Positions 8,157 to 17,782 of a DNA stretch of 38,802 nt are shown here, in pieces. The translations under genes were made by a program, and so were the position numbers. The notes under the pieces are model-generated. The model made no database searches, was not told the origin of the DNA, and saw nothing but the letters and a program-made list of their open reading frames with translations. This DNA is from Tolypothrix carrinoi HA7290-LM1. Lineage in GTDB: Bacteria > Cyanobacteriota > Cyanobacteriia > Cyanobacteriales > Nostocaceae. Location: assembly GCA_019358935.1 (NCBI GenBank), contig JAHHIK010000082.1, positions 1 to 38,802 on the forward strand, given 5' to 3'. Within the stretch, counting starts at the first letter, position 1. Every line of letters starts with the position of its first letter.

Positions 8157-11100
8157 TTGGGGGAATTAGTTGTGAAAGAAGCACAAAACAATCAAAAAAA
8201 TTTATCGAACAATCAAAATGTTGTCAGTCACCAAAACAAAATAGTAGTAGAACGACTCAAGACCGATAGAGCGCAAGCTTTGGCACACCTCGAAGCTTTG
8301 GGCTACATGTTGGGCGACAACATTTACATGAGGGCATTTTTCCCAAGTGATGATCCACGCTCAGTAGAGGATAAGGGACGGAAAGCCAACAATTTAGATT
8401 TTAAACAAGTTGAGCAGTGGCAACGGGAAGGACGCGGAATATATTTCGTTGTCAACGGCTCAGGACATCGAAACTCGGATGTCAAATTTTGCCGCGCCAT
8501 CTTCATAGAGCATGACAACCTAGACAAAGAACTTCAACGAAACTTATGGCAGCAGTTAGGATTACCAGAGCCAAGCATCCAGGTTGACACCGGGGGTAAA
8601 TCCATTCACAGCTACTGGGTATTCTCCTTACCCATACCTGTAGAAGATTGGAAGCAATTGCAAACTGATTTACTGGAATTCGCTGATGGCGATCGCGCAA
8701 TCAAAAATCCATCCAGAGTAATGCGACTGGCTGGGGCATGGCACATTAAAGCAGATGGCACGGTTAATCAATCTCAAATAATTAGCAATAGTGGAAAGCG
8801 CTACGGCTATGAGGAATTAAGAGAGATTGTTCCCTTGACTCTTGTATTGTCTGTATCTACACCAGATGCAACCAAAGTACAACCAGATGCAACCAAGGTA
8901 CAACCAGACGCAACCAAAGTGCAACCAGATGCAACCAAGGTACAACCAGATGCAACCGTTGTGCAACCTGGTGCAACCAATTCAAACAAACCAGACTTAA
9001 AAGATTTTCTGGAACGGGAAGTTTACCCGCGTCTTGCGGCAGAACAATTTTATGGGGAGTACACACAATTAACAAAACGGGGCGAAGAATTTCGGGGAGT
9101 GTGTCCTATTCACCAAGGGGCGAACAATCCCACCTCATTCTCTGTGAACCCTGCTTCTTTGCAGTTCCACTGCTACTCTTGTGGGGCAGGCGGGAATCCC
9201 GTTCAATTTCTTTGGCTTCTAGGTGGAAGACAAGGCTCACCACGGGGGAAAGATTTCATTGATGTGGTTCAGCAACTGGCTGAAAAAGCTGGTGTGCCAA
9301 TGCCAAACCCAAATAATAAAAATCCAAACACTCAGCTAGAAGACAATAATGATACCAGCCAAAACATGAGGCGGTCAGCTTGGTCGGCTCCTGTATCCTG
9401 GGAGGGTGAGATTGGATATTGGGTTAAAGGCAAGTCAAAAGAAGAGAATGAGGATTTAATGTGGCAACCAAAATGTAATTTCGATTTTGTAATTGAGCGT
9501 GAGATACAAGATTCTCGCGGTGGGGGATTTGTCGTGCAAGCTAAATTAGCCTGCTCACCATCTCAGCACCGAATAATTATCCGCTCTGAAGATTGCTACT
9601 CTCCAGAAAACTTTGTCAAAGCTATTAAGCGAGGACTTGGCAGAAATGTTACCTGCAATTTATCTAAAAATGAACTGGGTGCATTACTGGCAGTCCGTCA
9701 ATCTGAATATGAGCAAGCACGCGGTGGTAAAGTCTACAAGGCGATTGACCGCTATGGACAACAGGAAGATGGTACTTGGGTTTTTGAGAATGTTCAGTAC
9801 ACCAAAAATGGCGAAGTAACAGATGAATCTAAAACAGGATGGGTATTTACACCAGAGCTAGGGGAAGAAGATAGTATCCCATGCCCTAAACCAGCACCAC
9901 CAAATCCAGAAGCCCTCAAGAAATTAATTGATGCTGCGCGTGTAGTTTTTGGTCCTCAGAATATTCATCAATTTCTACTGGTTGTAGGTTGGGTAGTTGC
10001 AGGGGTGCAGTTCCAACTAATTTACAACACTGAAGGTGCCTTTCCAGAAATAAATCCTTATGGCGATCCTGGCACTGGAAAAACTTTAGCAGCTGAGGCG
10101 GCACTTAGTCTCATCGGAACAAACTGGGCTAGTGACGGGATTATTAGCCGAACATCTCTCTCGGCAATTTACGAACACTTGAAATCTACTGGCTCACTTC
10201 CTTTTATTTGGGATGATCCACCTCGTACTGAAGAGGTGGATGAATTTGCTAAAGTCATCTATAACCTAAAACCGCGAATTGTACGCGGCAACCGCCAAGT
10301 GCCACACAGCCCTATAGGTTACACCAGCAACCATTTAATAGGTGGAGATCAAGATGCTACTTATACCCGAATAGTACGAATTCCATTTGTACTGGATGGG
10401 AACACCGCTGGAGTTCCCGCACTAAAAGCCGCACAAAAAACTGCTTCAGGAGCGCTGCCAGAACTTATTAAATTGGGATATCCCAAAGAAAAAATTGCTG
10501 AAGTAGAACTAGAACTACTTCCACTACTGGAGTTGGCACACCACAGAGTAGCCTGGAATTTAGCGATCGTCACCTACTATGCTGATGCAATTGCACAAAT
10601 GGTAGGTGCAACCGAAAACTGTTTGCAGTGGGTTAAGAACAATTTATGTCCTGTTGAGAATGACTCAGACAATAACGGAAATAGCTTACAAGACTTTATT
10701 ACTAAGGTACAGGCACTACAAGCCGAAGATAAGGTAGGCTCCTGGAACATGAAAGTTGGTGATAGCTACGTTGCTCTCTACGCTGAGTCGGTTTGGGCCG
10801 CAGTAGATAAAACTTTTCACCCTGCAACCTATAACAAGAAAAGCCTTAAGGCGATGGTGGAGAAGGCTGGCGGTAAGGTTGACCAAATTATCACGTTCGA
10901 CGCCAGTAGAGATGAAGTCCTAGCTTACAACAGGGCGCTAATGACCACAGGCGTAGACACTGACGGCAATCCAATTCAGCCAAATCGTCCACGTACTGTT
11001 AGGAAAAAAGCTTGGTTGTTGCCCCTGAACCTATTTAATTTAGGTGCAACCACTTCAACCACTGCAACCGAAGTGCAACCAGAAGCGGTTGCAGTAGAAA

Positions 11101-11300
11101 ATCCTTATGTAGAAAGCAATCTAGACGATTTTGATAGTACTGCAACCACTACAACCAACTTTTTGAGTGAAAAGAAAAAAGAAAAAGAGAATGCTTCAGG
11201 TAACATTGTAATTGATGAAATACAGTCGTCCGTGGGATCTCAAAAAAGTTCGTCTCGCCAAAAACACGGTTGCAGTGGTTGCAGTACCCCGACCCAATGA
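8157..11300 (+). CDS. Plasmid replication protein: RepB/AEP-type primase + CHC2 zinc finger + P-loop helicase-like domain
   Basis: 1047 aa. Primase motifs IFIEHD, TGGKSIHSYW, KNPSRVMRLAG; CPIH...CYSC zinc finger; Walker A GDPGTGKT; Walker B FIWDD. The start may be GTG at 8172. Confidence 0.85.
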   Translation: MGELVVKEAQNNQKNLSNNQNVVSHQNKIVVERLKTDRAQALAHLEALGYMLGDNIYMRAFFPSDDPRSVEDKGRKANNLDFKQVEQWQREGRGIYFVVNGSGHRNSDVKFCRAIFIEHDNLDKELQRNLWQQLGLPEPSIQVDTGGKSIHSYWVFSLPIPVEDWKQLQTDLLEFADGDRAIKNPSRVMRLAGAWHIKADGTVNQSQIISNSGKRYGYEELREIVPLTLVLSVSTPDATKVQPDATKVQPDATKVQPDATKVQPDATVVQPGATNSNKPDLKDFLEREVYPRLAAEQFYGEYTQLTKRGEEFRGVCPIHQGANNPTSFSVNPASLQFHCYSCGAGGNPVQFLWLLGGRQGSPRGKDFIDVVQQLAEKAGVPMPNPNNKNPNTQLEDNNDTSQNMRRSAWSAPVSWEGEIGYWVKGKSKEENEDLMWQPKCNFDFVIEREIQDSRGGGFVVQAKLACSPSQHRIIIRSEDCYSPENFVKAIKRGLGRNVTCNLSKNELGALLAVRQSEYEQARGGKVYKAIDRYGQQEDGTWVFENVQYTKNGEVTDESKTGWVFTPELGEEDSIPCPKPAPPNPEALKKLIDAARVVFGPQNIHQFLLVVGWVVAGVQFQLIYNTEGAFPEINPYGDPGTGKTLAAEAALSLIGTNWASDGIISRTSLSAIYEHLKSTGSLPFIWDDPPRTEEVDEFAKVIYNLKPRIVRGNRQVPHSPIGYTSNHLIGGDQDATYTRIVRIPFVLDGNTAGVPALKAAQKTASGALPELIKLGYPKEKIAEVELELLPLLELAHHRVAWNLAIVTYYADAIAQMVGATENCLQWVKNNLCPVENDSDNNGNSLQDFITKVQALQAEDKVGSWNMKVGDSYVALYAESVWAAVDKTFHPATYNKKSLKAMVEKAGGKVDQIITFDASRDEVLAYNRALMTTGVDTDGNPIQPNRPRTVRKKAWLLPLNLFNLGATTSTTATEVQPEAVAVENPYVESNLDDFDSTATTTTNFLSEKKKEKENASGNIVIDEIQSSVGSQKSSSRQKHGCSGCSTPTQ
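8862..8981 (+). repeat. 21-bp tandem repeat (about 5.7 copies, encoding PDATKVQ) built from TGCAACC/TACAACC units
   Basis: CCAGATGCAACCAARGTRCAA-like units at 8862, 8883, 8904, 8925, 8946 and a partial unit at 8967. Confidence 0.95.
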
Positions 11301-11395
11301 GCCGAATTGCCATATAAATCAAGGTTTTGAGACTGCAACCAACAACGGTTGCACAGGAGTTGCACCTAACAAAAACTTGGTTGCACCTGGTTGTA
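11045..11395. repeat. Iteron-like TGCAACC/GGTTGCA cluster around an A-rich tract; candidate replication origin
   Basis: TGCAACC at 11045, 11063, 11074, 11141, 11334; GGTTGCA at 11087, 11268, 11277, 11347, 11379; A-rich tract at about 11160-11190. Confidence 0.7.
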
Positions 11396-11613
11396 CTTCC
11401 AGAATTAACCCAGAACAACTCCCTATTCCTACTGTTGATCTTGTGGGAATAGGTACTCAAGTATGGGTATTTCGAGTTCCGTTGGGGGAGTGGCTACCAG
11501 GTTTAGTAGAAGAAATTGAGGAACGAAGAAACAAACCCGAACTTTGGGAAGTTCGTTTAACCACTGGGGAATTGTTACCAACCCGGAGTCTGGAACAGCT
11601 TAGGCTGAGGTAA
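11212..11613 (+). CDS. Probable out-of-frame C-terminal segment of the replication protein (small SH3/KOW-like beta domain)
   Basis: Overlaps the rep 3' end in the +1 frame; continues the iteron-coded sequence (VAVVAV); ends in VGIGTQVWV...GLVEEIE...WEVRL. Confidence 0.45.
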   Translation: MMKYSRPWDLKKVRLAKNTVAVVAVPRPNEPNCHINQGFETATNNGCTGVAPNKNLVAPGCTSRINPEQLPIPTVDLVGIGTQVWVFRVPLGEWLPGLVEEIEERRNKPELWEVRLTTGELLPTRSLEQLRLR

Positions 11614-11957
11614 TGCTGAAAGTACTGCGGTCGGGGTAGTAGAACTATATTGGGGGTATCAGTAATATTAGAGTTCGTTGCTACTAGTACCCCAAGTCGG
11701 ATAAGTAACTTTCGAGCAATTGCGGCAATGCAAGTGAGAGCAACCAAAACCCGAACAGTCCGCGCATGAATGAAAAATGTAGGTTAGAGTTACCTACAGG
11801 CTGCTTTTACTATCTTAATTTTTGGAAAATTTTGGGTAGTAAAAGCGATCGCCACCAAAAATCACGCATGAACATCGCTGCTTGAGCGCGTTTCGATGAT
11901 GGCGAAGATGCCTCTAACCATTATCAACCCACGAGTTTTTGGGTCGAACTTAAGCCA

Positions 11958-12122
11958 CTATTGGGGTGGATTTGAAGCTAGTTTTGTGACTTCCTCGACC
12001 GATAAATCAACAGCAGAAGCCACTTCCGAGATGCTGTAGCCCATGCTTAAAAGGCGTGAAGCTGCTTTTAATTTGGTTTGACGTTCCAAGTCTTGGTAAA
12101 TTCGTGTTTCTTCAATTTTCAT
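11958..12122 (-). CDS. Stand-alone small protein homologous to the Rpn C-terminal (antitoxin-like) domain
   Basis: 54 aa MKIEETRIYQDLER...LLSMGYSISEVASAVDLSVEEV parallels LEQTRVYQEAK...LLKTSMTVEQIAQQLNVDAEAV; its ATG is 1 nt after the Rpn stop. Confidence 0.7.
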   Translation of the reverse strand: MKIEETRIYQDLERQTKLKAASRLLSMGYSISEVASAVDLSVEEVTKLASNPPQ

Positions 12123-12123
12123 T

Positions 12124-12921
12124 CTATGTGCTTTGCTGTGCTGCGAGCCGGACAGCTTCTGCATCAACATTAAGCTGTTGAGCAATCTGCTCCACAGTCA
12201 TACTTGTTTTTAGTAACAAAGGCACAGTTACTCTCAACATTTCAGCTTCCCGTTCTTCTCGTCCCTCAGCTTTCGCTTCCTGATAAACCCTTGTTTGCTC
12301 TAAAGTCAGTCCCAGCATAGCTTCCACTTCCTCTCTACTCAACGAAGAAAACTTATAAACGGCAATGGTGGTAATAATATCTAGGATTTCGTTTTTCGGC
12401 AGTGTACCTGTTTCTTCTAATTCTACCCGCTCAATTAATAGACGAGCCTGCTCCGCCATCGTTTCATCCGACGCTAGAGTCAACTGCATTAAATTAATGC
12501 CTATTGGCAGAGTATTGGGATCGCCTAACTCATCGAGATAGATTCGCTGCACTTGGTCGCTGTTGAGAAATAGTCGATGAATTCTCGTATCGCTCGGTTC
12601 ACTAGAGCGATCAGGGAAAATTACCACACAGAACCAATCATCATACTGAAACCGATTCCGGTTCAGATACATCATCGATTCAGTAAAAAACCGGTGGTAG
12701 AGGGCTTCGTCTTTCTGGAATTGAACCTCAGCAAAAAAGATAATTTTAGATGTTGCACCCTCTGGAGGTAAAAACACCCCATCAATGCGAAAAGCGGTTT
12801 CTTTTACTTCAACAGACTCGAATCGATAATTCTGCGCCTCTTGAGGAGGGTCATTAACAAGTTCAAAAAGTAACCCAGGAAAGCGCTTAAATATTTGGTA
12901 ATAAATGGAGTCTCGTTTCAC
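12124..12921 (-). CDS. Rpn-family (DUF2887) PD-(D/E)XK nuclease-like protein
   Basis: 265 aa; MKRDSIYYQIF N-terminus, FRIDGVF and FAEVQFQ catalytic motifs, TRVYQEAKAEGREE tail. Confidence 0.9.
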   Translation of the reverse strand: MKRDSIYYQIFKRFPGLLFELVNDPPQEAQNYRFESVEVKETAFRIDGVFLPPEGATSKIIFFAEVQFQKDEALYHRFFTESMMYLNRNRFQYDDWFCVVIFPDRSSEPSDTRIHRLFLNSDQVQRIYLDELGDPNTLPIGINLMQLTLASDETMAEQARLLIERVELEETGTLPKNEILDIITTIAVYKFSSLSREEVEAMLGLTLEQTRVYQEAKAEGREEREAEMLRVTVPLLLKTSMTVEQIAQQLNVDAEAVRLAAQQST

Positions 12922-13394
12922 TACTTCATCCTTAAATTCGCGAGGTTTTGACTATTTACTCGCTCTTTCAACGGACACTCTACTCTTTTGAGCCAGGTTC
13001 GTCAAAATGACAATAAGTAATGTCCCAGCCCAGTTATATTTCGTTACACATGCGGACTGCATGACTTCTTCTTAAATTGTTACCCGAAGTGCTTGAAAAG
13101 TGTTCTTTGCGTGACGAACTGTTGTTCTAAATTTGTTGTTTGTATGCCTTGAGATTAATTTGATTGTGTTTTGATTGTGTCAGTACATAATTTTGAGTCA
13201 GTACACTCCTGCCATGTCTAATTAACCAACACAATTTAATCAACTTTTTGACATCTACCCGAAACGTAAACGTCACTTTTTTGACAATAGTATTCGCGCT
13301 ATCAACCATCCCCAAAAAGACTATCCACATCAAGTGGCTCTGCTTTACCTTGGATTAAGGCATTTGGTCGCCCCTCTAGTTCTGCCCCCCTTCA

Positions 13395-13898
13395 CTACAA
13401 CCGAAATCCCGCATCCGCTTCTATGTCCGCCAATGCAATGGGGTCGTCCAAGTCTTCTTCCCAAAAACCATCCTCCTCCTCATCCTCCTCATCCCCCTCA
13501 TCCCCCTCATACTGAGCAACGTCAGCCTTTGGGACAGATGGTGGTACAGCCGCAGGTGTGGTCGGTACGCTCTTACTCGCAAGATGTGATGCCATACCAA
13601 CCGTCGGCTCAACTAACACCGATTGTGCCATCCCTTCCATTGAACAGATCCGCCTAATCGTATTAATCTGATTCTCCAAATGTCCAATTGCCCAAAGTGC
13701 AATCGAGTGCAATTCAACTTCATTTGCCCCATTCGCTTTCATTGCCAGTGGCAACCAAAATGCCTTGAGCGTAAATACCACCATCTCGACTATCCCCATG
13801 TCAGAGGGATGCTCACTCAAATAGCGAAATAGCTTCCCAGTCTGGGTCGCTGCACTGCGTTTAATCTGCGGAATCACCTCAAATTCAGTTCGCCCCAT
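13395..13898 (-). CDS. Hypothetical protein with acidic tail, divergent from mobV (possible relaxosome accessory)
   Basis: 167 aa; low-complexity EGDEGDEEDEEED tail; flanks the oriT. Confidence 0.65.
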   Translation of the reverse strand: MGRTEFEVIPQIKRSAATQTGKLFRYLSEHPSDMGIVEMVVFTLKAFWLPLAMKANGANEVELHSIALWAIGHLENQINTIRRICSMEGMAQSVLVEPTVGMASHLASKSVPTTPAAVPPSVPKADVAQYEGDEGDEEDEEEDGFWEEDLDDPIALADIEADAGFRL

Positions 13899-14301
13899 TC
13901 CCTACATCCCCCCGCACCAGCACATACCGAGCTTCTCCTGACCATAAATACGCATTCCCTATCGACTTACTATATTTTTAAAGTAAGGAAATGTATTTAA
14001 TTAAACTATACTACCACTGGGCAAGTAAAGTCATCTCATTTCACCTATTAGTAGGCAAAAGCAATATAAAAGCAACTCAAGGATAGTTATAATCGCCCCA
14101 ACTCCACCGACTGCACCGACCACAGAGTCACCAAAAGTCAAGTTAAATCAACTTATGGCAGTACTGGGTCAAGTTATGACAACAAGGTACTTCACCCTAC
14201 CGTTCCACACTACCCAATGGCTCAAACCCTTCCAGGGTAAGGATTTCGCTCATTGTAGACCCCGATGTGGGACTACCGCAAAGGGTTTTCGGGTAGGGCA
14301 A

Positions 14302-14347
14302 CCACGATTGTGGTGTACTCACTACACTTCTGCGCCCTTGCGGGTGC
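14302..14347. other. MOBV-type origin of transfer (oriT/RSA)
   Basis: The minus strand reads AAGTGTAGTGAGTACAC (14313-14329), close to the pBBR1 RSA core AAGTCTAGTGAGTATAC (recalled from memory). It is flanked by small inverted repeats and lies about 220 bp upstream of mobV. Confidence 0.7.
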
Positions 14348-14549
14348 CTGTGGCATCTCTCGCTATCGCTCGTGACACAGAAGTTGGTTCGCTCTGCGAG
14401 GCATTGTTGGGAATTGTCGCGTGCTGCTGTTGTTGTTGTTATTGTAGTGCTTGCGTTGGGTTGAGTGAAGCTCGCGCACTGTGTAGTTGAGCTGCTCTAT
14501 TGGGAATACTTCATTTAGACAGTGGTGGAGCAACAGTTGGTGGGGAACG

Positions 14550-16448
14550 ATGACAGCATTAGCTATCTTGAGAGTGGAGAAACTGAAAAGTTTTGGTAAT
14601 GTTGGTGGTAGTGAAGCACACACCGCCCGGATTCAGGATACCCCAAATGCTGACCCTCAAAAAAAGGAAACCAACCTGAGACTGATTGGCAACCCACAAG
14701 ACTCGTCTCTCTCTGAACTGGTAAGAGCCAAAATTGAGAAGGAAACCAAACACACGTTAAAAACTGAGAACGGGTCACGCAAACGAAATAAGGATAAGTC
14801 CAACCCCAACTCAAAGAAAATTCGGCTGCGTCCGGATGCGGTATTGTGTTCGGAGATATTCCTCAGTGCTTCCCCTGAATACTTCAGACCCGATGACCCA
14901 TCCTCTTCGGGGGAATGGGATGAGCAATTGATGTGGAATTTCGCCAATGCTTCTACCAATTGGCTACTTGAGAATTATGGTGATAAATGCGTCCGAGCGG
15001 AACTGCATCTGGATGAGGCAACCCCCCACATCCACGCCTATATTGTCCCCGTCAACGACAAAACCAAACTGCTCAGTCATAAAGCTATGTTTGGGGGAAA
15101 TGGTAACGAAGGTAAGATTAAACTCTCCAGGCTCCAGGATAGCTACGCAATAGCACTGGCACATCTTGGTATCGAACGCGGGGTAAAGGGTAGTAAAGCT
15201 ACTCACACCAAGGTTAAAGAATATTATGCGGCAGTCAACTCAGACCCCCTGCTGATGGAATTAGACCGACTGGCACCAAAACAAGGGGAGACAGCACAGC
15301 AACTATTTGAGCGCATTAAGGCAGACCCCCAAATCCAAACCATCAATCATCAACTAGCCGATCGCACTCGTGTAATTGAGTTAGAAAAACGGGCATCACA
15401 GAAGGCGATCGCTTCTGAAAAACTGCGGCAACAACTAGAAAATCGCGTAGCTGAATTGGAATCCGAGAACTTTTATTGGAAAGAGCAAGCCGACCAACTG
15501 CGAGATTTACCCCTAGAAGATGTGGCGTGGCATTTAGGACTAGATAAAGCAGATAAAGCAGGGAATCGTTGGAAGGGGTTAGGACAAGTTATCAATATTA
15601 CTGATTCTAAGTGGTACGACTTTACCGCAGAAAAGGGTGGCGGTGGAGCTATTGATTTGGTGATGCACGTTGCCGGGTGTAACTTTCGGTCTTCGATAGC
15701 CTGGTTGTACGACCGCTTTAATGAAGAGGGGATGCTGCGAGCCACCAGAGCTTACGTACAAACTATCGCTACTAAAATTGTTGCAGAAGAACCTGCACCA
15801 CAGTTTGTGCCACCAACCCCGGATGAATCAAAGTGGCTTGCGGTACAGAATTACTTGACTAAAGCTAGGGGACTACCTGAAAACTTTATCGATGCCCTTC
15901 ATTCCAAGGGATGGATTTATGCTGACGAGCAGCAAAATGCTGTGTTTGTGATGCGATCGCAAGATTACGAAACCACCACTGGCGCGTTTTTGCTTGGGAC
16001 GCGCTTAGAAGATAATTCGTTTATGGGATATGCGCTTGGCACAAAACGGACTCTGGGGTGGTTTTACTTCCACTTGGGTGGTAAACCAACTGATGAAATA
16101 CATTCATGTGTAATTTGTAAGTCTCCTATCGATGCCCTTTCGTGCGCTGCGCTCTCGTGTGCTGCAAATTCTGGTACGCTTCAGACGCGAACAATGTTTT
16201 TAGCGGTGGATAGTCCCAAAAGTCTGCCGTTGGATTTTCTCTCTAAAGTAAGAGCGATTACTGCTGCCTGCGATAACGATGACACAGGACGGGAGACAGC
16301 ACAAGCTATTAAAGAATTACTGCCACAAATAACGGACGTGCAACCACAAGCAATTGATTGGAATGCGGAATTGTTAGAGTATTCGCGGCAAGAAAAGGTG
16401 CGGATGAAGGAAGCAGAAAACAAAAAGAATCGGGGACTGGAACGTTAG
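14550..16448 (+). CDS. mobV: MobV (Mob_Pre) relaxase with C-terminal DUF3991/Toprim-like region
   Basis: AILRVEKLK...EAHTAR N-terminus; HUH motif ELHLDEATPHIHAYIVP; GIERG; coiled coil; SPIDALS and ACDNDDTG Toprim-like motifs. Confidence 0.92.
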   Translation: MTALAILRVEKLKSFGNVGGSEAHTARIQDTPNADPQKKETNLRLIGNPQDSSLSELVRAKIEKETKHTLKTENGSRKRNKDKSNPNSKKIRLRPDAVLCSEIFLSASPEYFRPDDPSSSGEWDEQLMWNFANASTNWLLENYGDKCVRAELHLDEATPHIHAYIVPVNDKTKLLSHKAMFGGNGNEGKIKLSRLQDSYAIALAHLGIERGVKGSKATHTKVKEYYAAVNSDPLLMELDRLAPKQGETAQQLFERIKADPQIQTINHQLADRTRVIELEKRASQKAIASEKLRQQLENRVAELESENFYWKEQADQLRDLPLEDVAWHLGLDKADKAGNRWKGLGQVINITDSKWYDFTAEKGGGGAIDLVMHVAGCNFRSSIAWLYDRFNEEGMLRATRAYVQTIATKIVAEEPAPQFVPPTPDESKWLAVQNYLTKARGLPENFIDALHSKGWIYADEQQNAVFVMRSQDYETTTGAFLLGTRLEDNSFMGYALGTKRTLGWFYFHLGGKPTDEIHSCVICKSPIDALSCAALSCAANSGTLQTRTMFLAVDSPKSLPLDFLSKVRAITAACDNDDTGRETAQAIKELLPQITDVQPQAIDWNAELLEYSRQEKVRMKEAENKKNRGLER

Positions 16449-16620
16449 TAAATTGACGAATAGAAGGGGTACGCTCCTACCCGTGTGTTCCATTACACCT
16501 CAAAGCAACGCCTACCCGAAAATGCTTATATAATCGTTACGAGTTTATATATAGGTTTTTCAGCTTTGAACCGAGTTGGTTGCCCTTGTTGCGAGTTACT
16601 AATTCTCAATGAAAGGAAAT

Positions 16621-17748
16621 TTAAGCTTTTGGGACTTCTTGTTCTTCATCCAAAAGCGTTTTGATTTGATTGAGCAATTTCTCCAACGCTTTCTTTTTCT
16701 TTGGGTTATCCCAGACTTTGGATGAACCGAGTTGTTTGCTTAATTCCTTGTACGCTTGTTTCAACGATGGGGTAGTGTCTGCTTTCTCCTGAGCGAAGAT
16801 ATCTCGTATCAAGAGTTGGATTTCTGTAAGTGATAGATTATCTTTAATTGCTGCAAGCAGTAAAGGAGCGCGTTTGCCCTGATCCTTCACTTTGGCGATC
16901 GCACGCGCTTTGGTGTACTCAATTGACCCTACTTGCAACTCCGCCTTGATATCATCCGGTAAATTGAGTAATGGCAGGCGATTAGTACGGAAGGATTCAG
17001 CAGAAAGCCTACCAAGAGAGGCAAATACGCCTTCTACTACATCATGAACTTCGTAGCTCCTAACGTTATCCGCGCTTGTGTCATCTGAAGAATGGATAAT
17101 ATCATCCTGGTTGAATTTTTCCTTCTTTTCTTCTTGGCGGATAACGTTATCCGCGCTTGTGTCATCTGAAGAATGGATAATATCATCCTGGTTGAATTTT
17201 TCCTTCTTTTCTTCTTGGCGGATAACGTTATCCGCTTGTTTGCGATTAGCCTTGGACATGCGGTTGAGCAGGCTGATTACCTCATCCTGAGTTGAATTGA
17301 GGCGCAGTGCCAGTAACTCCAAAATTCCGATTGTTTCCTCATACGCATTCAAATCTTCGCGCTGGAGGTTTTCGATTAATTGCACCTGCTTAACCGTGTC
17401 GTCGTCCATTTCCTTGATGACGACAGGCACTTCCTCCAACCCAGCCAGAAGAGCTGCTTTGAAACGACGCTCGCCCGCGATGAGTTCGTAAGCTCCAGTA
17501 GCTAGAGGGCGCACGATTAATGGTTCGAGGATGCCTAGTTCTTTAATAGATAGCGAAAGTTCTTCCAACTTTTTGGGGTCGAAATAACGCCTGGGTTGGG
17601 TGGGTGCTAATTTAATTTCCTGGATGGGAATCGTGTTGGTTGATTTGTCAGATGGCGTTGTGGGTTCATCATCATTACCGCCAAACATTAAATCTATTGG
17701 GTTGGCGTGTTTGAGTTTTGCGGTGTAAGCTGCGTCTTTTTTACTCAC
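16621..17748 (-). CDS. parB: ParB/Spo0J partition protein
   Basis: QPRRYFD, GILEPLIVR, IAGERRFKA, ENLQREDL motifs; lies downstream of parA. Confidence 0.95.
   Translation of the reverse strand: MSKKDAAYTAKLKHANPIDLMFGGNDDEPTTPSDKSTNTIPIQEIKLAPTQPRRYFDPKKLEELSLSIKELGILEPLIVRPLATGAYELIAGERRFKAALLAGLEEVPVVIKEMDDDTVKQVQLIENLQREDLNAYEETIGILELLALRLNSTQDEVISLLNRMSKANRKQADNVIRQEEKKEKFNQDDIIHSSDDTSADNVIRQEEKKEKFNQDDIIHSSDDTSADNVRSYEVHDVVEGVFASLGRLSAESFRTNRLPLLNLPDDIKAELQVGSIEYTKARAIAKVKDQGKRAPLLLAAIKDNLSLTEIQLLIRDIFAQEKADTTPSLKQAYKELSKQLGSSKVWDNPKKKKALEKLLNQIKTLLDEEQEVPKA
17061..17235. repeat. 81-bp tandem duplication inside parB carrying parS-like palindromes
   Basis: ADNVIRQEEKKEKFNQDDIIHSSDDTS occurs twice; GCGGATAACGTTATCCGC at 17137 and 17218; partial copy at 17061-17073. 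Confidence 0.9.
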
Positions 17749-17782
17749 AGAACCTCCTAGTAAGTGTGGCAGACCTGTGGGT

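Noticed and set aside
8862..8981. 21-bp repeats as a CRISPR array
   Set aside because: Contiguous tandem units without unique spacers, in frame within rep, and no cas genes.
959..11613. Prophage or phage-satellite interpretation of the primase and ATPase region
   Set aside because: No capsid, terminase, portal, tail or lysis genes recognised; partition and mobilisation genes indicate a plasmid.
13334..13657. Pro/His-rich ORF (PPPHPPHPPHPPH)
   Set aside because: Antisense reading of the acidic GAG/GAT tail of the 13395-13898 gene.
14155..14490. Cys-rich ORF (CCCCCYC) as a metallothionein or RiPP precursor
   Set aside because: It arises from a TGT/TGC microsatellite, overlaps the oriT, and has no modifying enzymes nearby.
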